Assembly (NCBI GenBank): GCA_025786725.1
Contig: JAHLTZ010000026.1
Span: 1 to 64,000 of the forward strand
Reading direction: 5' to 3'
Source of the DNA: Syncephalis fuscata S228
Lineage: Eukaryota; Fungi; Zoopagomycota
Length of the DNA: 64,000 nt
A model generated the notes under the pieces. That model ran no database searches. It was not told the DNA's origin and saw nothing but the letters and a program-made list of their open reading frames with translations. Below, one piece after another: positions 1 to 10,165 of this stretch. A program made the translations under genes and the position numbers. Within the stretch, counting starts at the first letter, position 1. The number at the start of each line of letters is the position of its first letter.

Positions 1-1
1 T

Positions 2-1168
2 CATAATAACCATTTATATCGTAAAATTCGTAAAAATATTAATAATTTATCTCCACTACTTGTTGTTCAACCATCAGAAGCTCTACAAGCTCTTCAACTT
101 TGTCATCGACAAGCTGGTCATCCTGGAGCCGACGCAACTATTCGACGATTGCAACAATCTTATTATTGGCCCACACTAGCCGATGATACTCGCGCTTATG
201 TTCGTGGTTGCCCCCATTGTCAATTACATCGAAATGAGGCACCTACTGAACCGCTACATCCTATACCTGTTTATTCACCTTTTTACCGATTAGGCGTTGA
301 CCTAGTAGGTCCATTACCTGTATCCGCCCAAGGCTATCGTTTTATTGCCGTAGCTACCGATTATTTAACTAAGTGGTCTATTACTAAAGCCATTCCCGAT
401 AAATCCGCTACTAGTGTTGCCGCTTTCCTGTACAAACGTATCTTTCTGATATACGGCGCGCCACTACACATTCTTACTGACCAAGGACTGGAGTTTAAAA
501 ACCAAATCCTTCGCGAGTTGTGTCGATTATTCGATATTAAACACACGTTTGCTACTCCCTATCGTCCACAGACCAACGGGTTAGTGGAGCGTTTCAACCG
601 AACTTTAGGACAAGCTTTAGCTCGTTCTGTAGCTCTAAGTAAAGATCGAACAACATGGCCGCAGTATCTAGCCTCTATCACATTTACTTACAATATCAAT
701 AAGCAAGCTACTACTGGCTTCTCACCTGCCCAACTGTTACTCGGTTATCAGCCAAAAGGACCTGAGTTACTTACCTTACCTATTGCGCCGTACGATGAAG
801 AAGTTTATACGCGTGAGTTATACGCACGAGGAGCGCAGTTACAACAACAGCACGACGAACAGTTGCCGCTAGCTAAACAACGCATTGAAGCGAAACAACA
901 AAAGCAGAAATCGAAACACGATGCCCGACGTAAGATCGACAAAAATGAACTGACTGTTGGTGATCAAGTCTTTCTACGAAAAGACGAATTGCAGAATCGT
1001 TTCGACGCTAAATTACTACCTAAGTGGGACGGACCGTGCACTATTATTACTAGACACACCCCAGCCGTCTATACGATTAAGATTAAAGGTCAACTTCGTA
1101 AGGTTCATCGTGACCGTCTGAAACCGGCTCACACCTTTGATGCTTTTCCTGACGCTATAGAGGACTAG
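2..1168 (+). CDS. Retrotransposon Pol C-terminus: integrase (HHCC zinc-binding domain, DDE core, GPY/F-like motif)
   Basis: The frame is open from position 2. Motifs: CHRQAGHPG...CPHCQ, GVDLVGP, TDQGLEF, PQTNGLVERFNRTL, PKWDGPC. Confidence 0.95.
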   Translation, partial: HNNHLYRKIRKNINNLSPLLVVQPSEALQALQLCHRQAGHPGADATIRRLQQSYYWPTLADDTRAYVRGCPHCQLHRNEAPTEPLHPIPVYSPFYRLGVDLVGPLPVSAQGYRFIAVATDYLTKWSITKAIPDKSATSVAAFLYKRIFLIYGAPLHILTDQGLEFKNQILRELCRLFDIKHTFATPYRPQTNGLVERFNRTLGQALARSVALSKDRTTWPQYLASITFTYNINKQATTGFSPAQLLLGYQPKGPELLTLPIAPYDEEVYTRELYARGAQLQQQHDEQLPLAKQRIEAKQQKQKSKHDARRKIDKNELTVGDQVFLRKDELQNRFDAKLLPKWDGPCTIITRHTPAVYTIKIKGQLRKVHRDRLKPAHTFDAFPDAIED

Positions 1169-1189
1169 GCGCGTCTTAGAAGAGGGGCA

Positions 1190-1503
1190 TGTAACACCCG
1201 GAACTTACCCCGACCTTTTTTTCCCAAGTAATATTAATCATTATTAATGGGAAAATAATGTTAAGTCCGCTCGTATCTATAATCTCTATTTCAGTATAAG
1301 TACTTCACATTCATAACAAATAATAAAAACAGTAGTATTAGTATCATATTAACCTTGACTCTACTCCAACTTTGATTTTATTCTTTATTTTGGTGCCTTA
1401 TCCAATTAGCAATTAAACCATTGTTGTAAAATTAACAACAGTGCACCAAAATTTACACTATCTTAAAGAGACCCTACCTACTCGTTTAACAAGTCGTTTT
1501 ACA
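1190..1503 (+). repeat. 3' LTR (~314 bp)
   Basis: Starts TGTAACA right after the PPT and ends TTTTACA, with short inverted termini. Host MFS coding sequence resumes at 1504. Confidence 0.8.
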
Positions 1504-2334
1504 ACAGAGGAAGAACAGGGATTGCTAGATAGTCAGCAAACTGTACAACAGCCTATACTTCCTAAACTATACTCTTTTCTGCCGACCATCGATAAAGCAG
1601 GTCTTTATGTTATAGGACCGGTAATTCTGTCCTATACCGCTTATACACTATTGTTTTCCATTTTTGATTCTATTTCTCTGTTATGGATGTCTACAGCCAC
1701 AAATCTTCAAGGACTTGGTTTAGATTCAAGTCAGATTGGCTGGTTATTGACTGCAACAAATGTGGCAGCTTTTCTTGGACAATGGTTCATCTATGTTCCT
1801 GTTCATTATCGCTGTGGATCACTTTGGCTATATCGCTATGCACTGATCTTTTATATTCCATTTTCACTATTGCTTCCACTTTTAGGCCTTATGGTTCATC
1901 GTTCATTGATACCAAGTGATACAGGAAATAGTGTTACAGGTGGTTATTGGCACATGCTTTTAATTCTAATAGCCATTCGAGCTATTGTAAATGTATTTGC
2001 AGTGACTTGTCTACAAATGATGGTAAGCAATGTGTATTAATATAAAATTGTAAAAGATAATACTTATAATTAGGTGGTTAATGTTGGTCTTAAAATCAAT
2101 GCATTGGGCGTAGTCAACGGCATTGCCAATAGTTCAAGCTCGTTAGCTTTAGCCTTGGGACCTATAATTTCAGCGGTCATATGGGATTGGTCTACAAATG
2201 CTTCGGGGCTGTTATATCATGGAGCACTGGCCTGGCTGTTTCTTACGGTTGTTGCGCTGTCTAGTCTACTATTCTCCATCTGGCTTCCGTCAGAGTTGTC
2301 ACCTCGTCAACTTTTAGCAGAAGATGCTGACTGA
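1504..2334 (+). pseudogene. C-terminal half of an MFS transporter gene interrupted by the retrotransposon (exons 1504-2022, 2074-2334)
   Basis: About 6 hydrophobic helices, with GLGLDSSQIG and GVVNGIANSSSSLALALGP motifs typical of MFS TM7-12. GT-AG intron at 2023-2073. The N-terminal half is replaced by LTR sequence. Confidence 0.75.
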
Positions 2335-2779
2335 TAAAGTAATGTTTGGCTTAATCAACTCTAGTGCATTATTAAGTTTTTTGTTATTAATGTTGCATAT
2401 TCAACTAAAAATAATAATTTATAATAATTCTAGCGTATTGAAAACATTTAACTTTGCTGTACTACTATTGTAATGCTATCGATGTGTAATCTATAAACAA
2501 AACATAGTATGAGAACACATTGGACATTTGACATAGATTGGTTATCGTTAAACTAGTAGCCGAACTATAACGCAACAAGCCTTTGCTAATTTATTATCAA
2601 TTGTCTTTATTTATAAAAAGACCAGTCAGGCACGTGAGCACAGCTTTTATTTAGAACCTTCAACTTGTATTCTGCAGTCCCTGTGCTTTTTACTTTCTTT
2701 TCTTCAAATAATTTACCTTCTACATCATTACTAGTTCATCCAACATAATATTAAAAGTACTTGCTATTTAAGCAAAAGT

Positions 2780-4498
2780 ATGCTAGGACTACCGATATTT
2801 ATTAAAGTAAAAATTGAACCAGAGCGTGGTGGACAAGACAATGACGGCGTTACTTCTGTACACTCATTTGTAGAAACGCACTCGCCACCGCCGGGATATT
2901 TACACCGCCAAAGCATAGATCAATTTCTTTTTGATCAACCATCGGAAGATGGACCGGTTGCACCAAATAATAGCAACGGAGAGTTATCGCATCCACTTCA
3001 GTTAAATCCTTACGCTACACGATCAGCTTCTAATTTAGATTCACTTCGGCCACCCGATTACTTTATCAACGATAAGGGTGTATCTAATCGAGATCCGTTA
3101 ATAGTAGGTATGCTTGGTCGAACACCATCTTACATCTGTGGTCGTGTGCGCGTTTCCTGGAAAGCATCCAAACCAACTGGTAATTCTACCAACTCAAGCG
3201 GTCAATGGAGTAGTAGTGAATCGCCCTATCAGCCATTGCAGTTAAAAATACTTTTTTCTGGTGTTTTATACGTATTCGGTTCTAAAAAGTATGTTAATGC
3301 GGAAAATTCATTTATACGAAAAGCTCCTATACGTAAAAATATAATTGATAAAAAGTTTGTTATATGGAAGGAGGGAAGTGCAGAAGGTGCGCGCAATGCT
3401 CATATATATCCTGTATATGATTTTGCTAAAAAACAATACACATTATTGGTGCCATTTAAAATTACTATTCCAGATCCTGTTGCTAATAGCTATGTATCGA
3501 CATTCGCCTTAGTAAGCTATTCGCTAAAAGCCACGCTTAACTATCAATTTAGCAGCTTTTTCTCCAATTCACTTAGTCTTAAAACCTCAAGTTCTCGTGA
3601 TTTGAAGATAAGACGGTGGCCTGGCTTTGAACAGTCTGAAAATGATACATCCGTCGAAGCGCGCAGCATAGGACAGCAGGCGTCACAAATGGGCTTTGTG
3701 TATAATGTTCGTATCCCACACTCATATTATGCTGGTGGTGACACGGCCAAGATAGACTTGTGTGTTGGCCCAGGTCTTATAAGTTTATTGAATACCGACT
3801 CAAATAACAATATTAATAATGTAGATCAAACAGATAATCCATTCCAATCAACATCGCAACAAACATCGGTAATTACAGCACAAAGTAGCCAAAATTCCGG
3901 TGATCTTCCACCAATGCCACCAGCTTACACTGTTGCAGCAGTTAACTCATTAGAGCCAGGAGTAATTGCAGACTTGCAAACACCCGATACGGTAACAGAT
4001 AATTCCGCTGTAAAACCAAGTGTTGAATTAAAACGTATAATTGTAAAGTTGGTGCGTCGAGAAAAGGTTATTTATCTCGATTATTTTGGAAAATCCTCAA
4101 GTACAATGGCTGAAATGTCTTTTGATGCACCACCTTACGATCCTGTAACAAAAACATACAAGCACACAGTATTTCTTACTATTCCCCGGGTTAATTCACC
4201 AACACTTCGTACAGTTGCAATACATACCAACTATTTTATAACCGTAACTATGGTCATGCGTGGGACGTCGAATACAACGGCCGAACTCCCGATAAAGTTA
4301 ATGCCGATTACACGAGATGAACGTCGTATGCCAGCAAACACAGAATATGGCTTGCCACTATGCGCTCAATCTGCAAACGGCCAATCAATAAACGGAGGTG
4401 GTGATAGCAATCTTGCATCATCATCAATGCAGCAATCGTACAGCCAAGGATGGGATACGGCCTACGTTGAACCGCCACCACCTTACTCTGGCGAGTAA
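2780..4498 (+). CDS. Alpha-arrestin-like (ART) adaptor with PY motifs
   Basis: 572-aa ORF with arrestin-like beta-strand segments (ICGRVRVSW, VPFKITIP, VSYSLKATL, TNYFITVTM, AELPIKL) and the PPxY motifs PPGY, PPDY, PPAY and a C-terminal PPPY. Confidence 0.7.
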   Translation: MLGLPIFIKVKIEPERGGQDNDGVTSVHSFVETHSPPPGYLHRQSIDQFLFDQPSEDGPVAPNNSNGELSHPLQLNPYATRSASNLDSLRPPDYFINDKGVSNRDPLIVGMLGRTPSYICGRVRVSWKASKPTGNSTNSSGQWSSSESPYQPLQLKILFSGVLYVFGSKKYVNAENSFIRKAPIRKNIIDKKFVIWKEGSAEGARNAHIYPVYDFAKKQYTLLVPFKITIPDPVANSYVSTFALVSYSLKATLNYQFSSFFSNSLSLKTSSSRDLKIRRWPGFEQSENDTSVEARSIGQQASQMGFVYNVRIPHSYYAGGDTAKIDLCVGPGLISLLNTDSNNNINNVDQTDNPFQSTSQQTSVITAQSSQNSGDLPPMPPAYTVAAVNSLEPGVIADLQTPDTVTDNSAVKPSVELKRIIVKLVRREKVIYLDYFGKSSSTMAEMSFDAPPYDPVTKTYKHTVFLTIPRVNSPTLRTVAIHTNYFITVTMVMRGTSNTTAELPIKLMPITRDERRMPANTEYGLPLCAQSANGQSINGGGDSNLASSSMQQSYSQGWDTAYVEPPPPYSGE

Positions 4499-4907
4499 TG
4501 TTGTTATTTGTCTAAATCTTGTTACCACCCTAATAAAACTAATTAGTACGATAGATACATGGTTGATTGATAGTTTTGTATTCAGATAGCCATGAGATTG
4601 CTATTTATAACACTTTTGCACCATATTTATTATTATTCTACCGGATAATACTACATCCAGTTTATTTGGTATCCCGACTCTACCATAAAAGTAAATTGGC
4701 TAGATATTTATTGATGTCCCAATCTGTATCGATATTCTATCGTGTATAATCACATGTGCGTTCACAACATAGTTGTTTACCATTAAAGGAACCATTTTTC
4801 TATAAATTCGATTGAAATGCGTCCATTTTTTGTATTTGCCAATTAGCCTTCAATACCATTTTTTAAACCAGCTTTATTTTCCAGCTATCAAGCGACCGCT
4901 GATTAGA

Positions 4908-5885
4908 ATGTTTTCCACTAAACTTACTACTGCTGCAATAGCTATTTGCTTAGCAGTAAACGTATTACTAGCTACACAAATTAGCGCAGCTATACCCAAA
5001 ATATTTAAAAAAAATGGTATAAGTTTATTATTTATTTGATAATAATATATACTAATTGTAAATGGATCTAGGATATGAAATAAACGACCTTTTAAGCTTT
5101 TCGTCCGATAATCAGGGATTAACTAAATATGGGATTAGTCTGACAACGTCTTTTACTTCTTCCGATGGGCTACTACGTGCCAAAGCAAATTATGGCTCAA
5201 TGGCGGTTATGGTTTTGTGTGGCAGTAATGGCGAAAATCAACCCAAAGATCAAGTTTTTCAAATTTACAAGGTAAATAGAATCTAGTAAAACAATCGTAC
5301 TTTAGCCAATTTGCAATATTAACTAAAAAAAAAACATAGAAAATTTACAAGACAACGGTAAAAAGTATAATGCTATCCTACTCGAGCCAGTATCTTTTAC
5401 GACCAAAATCTAGTTTTTCGCTAAAAGACGGTATTTGTTACGTGGTGCCAAGTGAATGTAAAACAACGCTAAAACAACATCTATTAAAGCCTACTAATGA
5501 TACGCCGGAAAAGAAACGTACCTATGCACGTCAACTACTGGAGGATATTTGTCGTGGTAGGTAATTTGAGTTGGCACTATTGAAGTAGCTAATCAACGAG
5601 TAATTAGGTATTGTTTATCTTTTATTGCACGGATGGCTTTACAACCCAAGTTTAACAAGTAAGTACTACTAATGCTAAATCACTTAGGCTTATTAACTGC
5701 CGTTAGATATTTGCATGGATGCAAGCCAACCGTTGTTTATCGACTATACTGATGCTCAATCAGTGACGCCGGGTAAACTTATCAGAGGTAATGCCGTTTT
5801 TGACGAGGCAACTGATTTAAAGTTTGAAGAAAAAGTAACCAAAATTGAAACCGCTATAAATCGAATTTACTTAACCTTTTTGTAA
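4908..5885 (+). CDS. Secreted kinase-fold-like (pseudokinase) protein, multi-exon
   Basis: Signal peptide MFSTKLTTAAIAICLAVNVLLATQISA. Spliced exons give CYVVPSECKTTLKQHL...QLLEDICRG/IVYLLLHGWLY.../ICMDASQPLFIDY, resembling kinase subdomains V-VII without HRD/DFG. Stop TAA at 5883-5885. Confidence 0.6.
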
Positions 5886-7163
5886 ATTGCTCTTATTGTA
5901 ATATGCCAACGTTTACAAAATAAAAAGTTTTTTAATTTAATTTAATTAATAATAATAATATAGAATGATATTCTGAAATAAAACATCAATTATAAGCATA
6001 AATAAGTACAAAGAATATGAGCCAAAAGGTTTAAATATTTTTTATTGATAACAAAAACGAACAATTATATAAATAGATTTTGTTTAAGTAAAGAATGATG
6101 CTTGAAATGTGAATAAAAGTGCGCAATTACAATTATTGGCATTTTTTGTTTAAATTGGTGTTAATTATTACATTTATACCATCGTGAACGAGTTTTATAG
6201 CAGCAATACAAGCCTACAGATCATTTGTCTAATTTTTATTTGAGCTGATGAATAATACAAAATTGCTTTAATTATTAACATTTACATTTTGGAAGAACTT
6301 ATTCACAAGTGATTAACTGAAGTTACAATGTAGTGTTTTCGTTTTCTTATACTTAATTACAGCATATTGATTGGTGATGTTCGACTACTTGCGTTGTTCA
6401 TTCATCCCAATGACATTCACTGTTCATTTTCATCCATCTTGCTTCCTTTCCACTTAATATCCTTTGTCTCTAGCAGTATCATTGACTAGTACGCACACTC
6501 GGTTCATTTAATATACAATTGTTTAACTAGCTAAATTGAATAACATTATAGCCAACATAAAAGTGCCAATTATACAATGTTCAATGATACAGTATCTATT
6601 TCACAACATTGCATACATTCAAGTCAAATGATATAGTAACGTTGTTATATACAATCTATATCGTTCGTGAATAAGCAGTAATTTAGTAGTAGTTTGTGTT
6701 AATCAAATGGCGACTTTATTAAGTAATAATGACTACATACTAATTGCTATTTAAATAACAATGCTATTACAATCACTTTAGTTTACATTGTTCACTAACA
6801 TAGCGTATTTTTACAAGTATATTGTCAATATATTTAATCAATTAATGTTAGTCTTTGTAAGCAAATAGAATATAAACATAGCTATAATAGCTTAATCAAA
6901 CACAATTAAGATGGAACCACATGTTTATTACTACAAGTTTGCATACTTGATTGTATACAGACAAATACAGACTTGTTGGTAATATAAGAAATCCATCGAT
7001 TAAGGGTTGAATAAACCAGGGCATTGGCTGGGACTTGGTAGCTGAGTGGGCTGAGTGGTGTAGTTGTCAAATGATCTTGATTCTTGCCGAATATATACCT
7101 AAAATATATATAACTCGCAGTCCAATCATACTATCAGTGCCAATATTTTGAATGCGCCAGTTA

Positions 7164-9045
7164 TTCTATAGTCATGAGCACATATAAAATATTATATGGT
7201 TAGCGTATGAGTTAGCATTATATGATTCTACTTACAATCTATTAATACAAGGCATCAAACACGTAAAGTGTACAGTATATATTTAATGCATCGTCAATAA
7301 TATACAGTATTACTTACGAGCTATTAATACAAGTCATCAAACACAAAGAATATGATGGTTGTTTAACGTATAGCCAATTAATATACAATGCCACTTACAT
7401 TCTATTATGTTAAGTTATTGATAAGCACAATACAAGTATATAATTAGTGTATAGCCAGTTAATATACAATACCATAATTGTTAAGTGAAACCCCCCTCCC
7501 TGTTTTTTAGGTAAAACAATATGCAAGCCAGTTTAAACAAGTAGGTCCAAAAACAAGACCTTGGCCAGAATAGCCAAGGAAAAACAATTAGGACCAACTT
7601 CAAGAGAATAGTGCTGTGTAGCACCATTCAAAAAAAGATGGTCCCGCATGAGATCTATATGGACCGGATTTTGCGCAAAAACGTAGCAGTCCACCCGTTA
7701 AAAGTTTGGAAAAGTCCAAAAATAGTGGGAAGCAGCGCAAATGCTTTAATTATGTGCAGCGGGGGCTCACAAGCTTTTCAAAATAAAATAAAAAATATAA
7801 TATAATATTACTTACTGCCTATTAATAAAAGTCATCAAACACGCAAAATGTACGGTATGTATTTAGTGCATAGTCAATTAATATACAATAACACTTACCC
7901 TCTATTAATACAAGTCATCAAACACGTAAAGTGCACGGTATATGCTTAGTGTATAGTCAATTAATATATAATACTACTTACGACCTATTAATACAAGCCA
8001 TCAAACACACAAAATGTACAAATATGTTTAGTGCATAGTTAATCAATATATAATGCCACTTACCAACTATTAATACAAGTCATCAAACGCAAAAAGTGCA
8101 CAGTATATAATTAATGCATAGTCAACTAATATACAATACTACTTACAACCTATCAATACAAGTCACCAAACACACAAAATGTACGGCATATGTTTAGTGC
8201 ATAGTCAATCAATATATAACATTACTTACCAACTATTAATACAAGTAATCAAACACGCAGAATGTACGGTATATATTTAGTGCATAGTCGAGCAATATAC
8301 AATGTCACTTACAAGCTATTAATACAAGTCATCAAACACGCAAAGTGCACAGTATATATTTAGTGCATAGTCAATCAATGTACGATATCACTTACGAGCT
8401 ATTAATACAGGTTATCGAACACACAAAGTGCACAGTATATATTTAGTGCATAATCAATTAATTATTACTATTGCTATTTACCTCCTATTAATACGAGTAA
8501 TCGAACACACAAAGTGCACAGTATATATTTAGTGCATAATCAATTAATTATTACTATTGCTATTTACCTCCTATTAATACGAGTAATCGAACACACAAAG
8601 TGCACAGTATATATTTAGTGCATAATTAATTATTATTCATATTGTTATTTACCTCCTATTAGTATAGATAGGCAATGTTAGTATCAGCAATATAATTTGT
8701 TTTATATTAAACCTACTTTTAACCAATGGTGCTATTTTATTTGTTTTACATTAAAAACAACAATTAATTATTATGCCAATAACTATGTGCAATCAACAAT
8801 TACCATCTATTTGCCATGTCCATTATTTGGATAACATACGATAAGCGCTGGAATAATGAGTCAATAATTGCGACTTACCATCTAATATTATCGTTGGTTA
8901 AACATAATGTTAGCAAACATTTCAAATTTCAAATTTATGACTACAACATACCACGACGAACCAAAGTTGGCTTAGCATCCACCATGGCTGTACTGGCTAC
9001 AAGGGCCACGAGGACGGTGCAGACGACGGCAATAAAAAGCTTCAT
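7164..9045 (-). CDS. Micro-exon secreted peptide gene, locus A (52 aa: MKLFIAVVCTVLVALVASTAMVDAKPTLVRRDDAPLVKRGGAPFGFGQGKSH)
   Basis: Exon 1 is 9045-8952. 3-nt exons ATG 8881, ATG 8806; a 15-nt exon 8731-8717; then 3-nt exons starting at 8655 GAG, 8570 GAG, 8484 GAG, 8398 CTC, 8315 CTT, 8232 TTG, 8149 GTT, 8066 TTG, 7984 GTC, 7901 AGG, 7818 GCA, 7401 AAT, 7320 CTC, 7238 ATT. The last exon starts at 7165 (AA TAA). All are flanked by AG and GT. Confidence 0.8.
7166..8716 (-). repeat. Tandem array of ~82-86 bp units, each one intron plus a 3-nt exon (locus A)
   Basis: On the plus strand, (C/T)TTAC-NNN-CTAT recurs about every 83 bp with a shared core TTAATACAAGTCATCAAACAC...TTAGTGCATAG. On the minus strand this reads GTAAG...TAG. 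Confidence 0.92.
7475..7800. mobile_element. ~330-bp insertion inside one intron of locus A, possibly MITE-like
   Basis: Breaks the 83-bp period between exons 7818 and 7401. It is more GC-rich and has imperfect inverted ends GTGAAACCCCC (~7485) and GGGGGCTCAC (~7770). Confidence 0.45.
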
Positions 9046-9182
9046 GGTGAGATTGATTTGTTAAGACAAACAAGTAGAGTGAACGACAGAGTATGTCAAG
9101 TGCAAAGTAGGTAGAGTGAGTATTTGGCAGAAAGCAGAATGTGATGATGATACTGCTGGTTAGTTGTGTGTATTTTGTAAGC

Positions 9183-9190
9183 TATTTATA
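9183..9190 (-). promoter_or_regulatory. Candidate TATA box of locus A
   Basis: TATAAATA lies ~140 bp upstream of the ATG. Locus B has TTTAAATA at the homologous position (60449-60442) within an alignable upstream block. Confidence 0.5.
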
Positions 9191-9418
9191 TTAATATTTA
9201 TTTTGAAGCACCAGCAATGTATCCTATAGAATATACCATTGAATACAGTGTAAACCAATAAAATGCATTAATATGACGATTTAACAGGCATGGATGAATA
9301 GCTGTAGTGTGCATTCTATACGTGCAACGGTAGTCTTCAAAGGTATTCACATGATGATTTGAAGTATGCGTATAGCAATGTACTAATGACATGCTAATGT
9401 GCAACCATGCCCTTGATT

Positions 9419-10165
9419 CAACCTGTTTGGCTTTTGCTCAGATGACGCGGCGAACCTAACCACCTGGTACATCTATGGTAGAAATTTGTGTACTATTCTT
9501 TACAATATCGTACATGGTTTGAACATGTAATGCAAACCAAATCCATTGATTCTATAGAAGCAATAATGATACGCCTTTGTGTTCTTGCTATTGCTTTTAC
9601 CGAAAAATTAATCCCCAACTTGACCGTAAGATGCAAACTGAAACAACTGGTTCTACAAAAATAATGATGCTCCGTTGTTGTTTCTTTACTTTAACCTGCT
9701 TACCATTTGCACAAAGGACCCGACAATCTCAATCATTCAGTACACCTATGGTAGAAATTCGTGTACTATTCTTTACAATATCGTACATGGTTTGAACATG
9801 TAATGCAAACCAAATCCATTGATTCTATAGAAGCAATAATGATACGCCTTTGTGTTCTTGCTATTGCTTTTACCGAAAAATTAATCCCCAACTTGATTGT
9901 AAAACGCAAACTGAAACAACTGGTTTTACAGAAATAATGATGCTCCGTTGTTGTTTCTTTACTTTAACCTGCTTACCATTTGCACAAAGGACCCGACAAT
10001 CTCAATCATTCAGTACATCTATGGTAGAAATCCATATACTAATATTTACTGCACTATGCATGATTTGACCATACAATACAAACTGAGTCTATTGGTTCTA
10101 TAGAAGCAGTAGTAACACAACAATGTGTTTTGCTGTTGCTTTTACCGAAACATTTTAATCCCCAA
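9419..10165. repeat. 273-bp tandem repeat (~2.7 copies) upstream of locus A
   Basis: CTATGGTAGAAAT recurs at ~9473, ~9746 and ~10019. The near-identical ORFs at 9577 and 9850 are 273 bp apart. Confidence 0.88.

Larger units (their letters stand above)
1..1503 (+). mobile_element. 3' part of a Ty3/gypsy LTR retrotransposon (integrase, polypurine tract, 3' LTR); 5' part lies outside the window
   Basis: The integrase ORF ends at 1168, followed by a purine tract AGAAGAGGGG (1178-1187) and an LTR bounded by TGTAA (1190) and TTACA (1503). Integrase is the last pol domain, which is gypsy order. Confidence 0.93.

Noticed and set aside
7166-8716. CRISPR array or plain minisatellite interpretation of the ~83-bp repeats (also 57927-60209)
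   Set aside because: The context is eukaryotic, there are no cas genes, and the variable part is only 3 nt. The invariant positions are splice signals, and each array sits between a signal-peptide exon and a stop exon.
8816-9064. Plus-strand 82-aa ORF
   Set aside because: It is antisense to exon 1 of micro-exon locus A. The minus-strand reading is conserved with locus B and this one is not.
9577-10068. Two near-identical 72-aa Cys-rich ORFs
   Set aside because: They start at TTG and are by-products of the 273-bp tandem repeat. There is no signal peptide or recognisable family.
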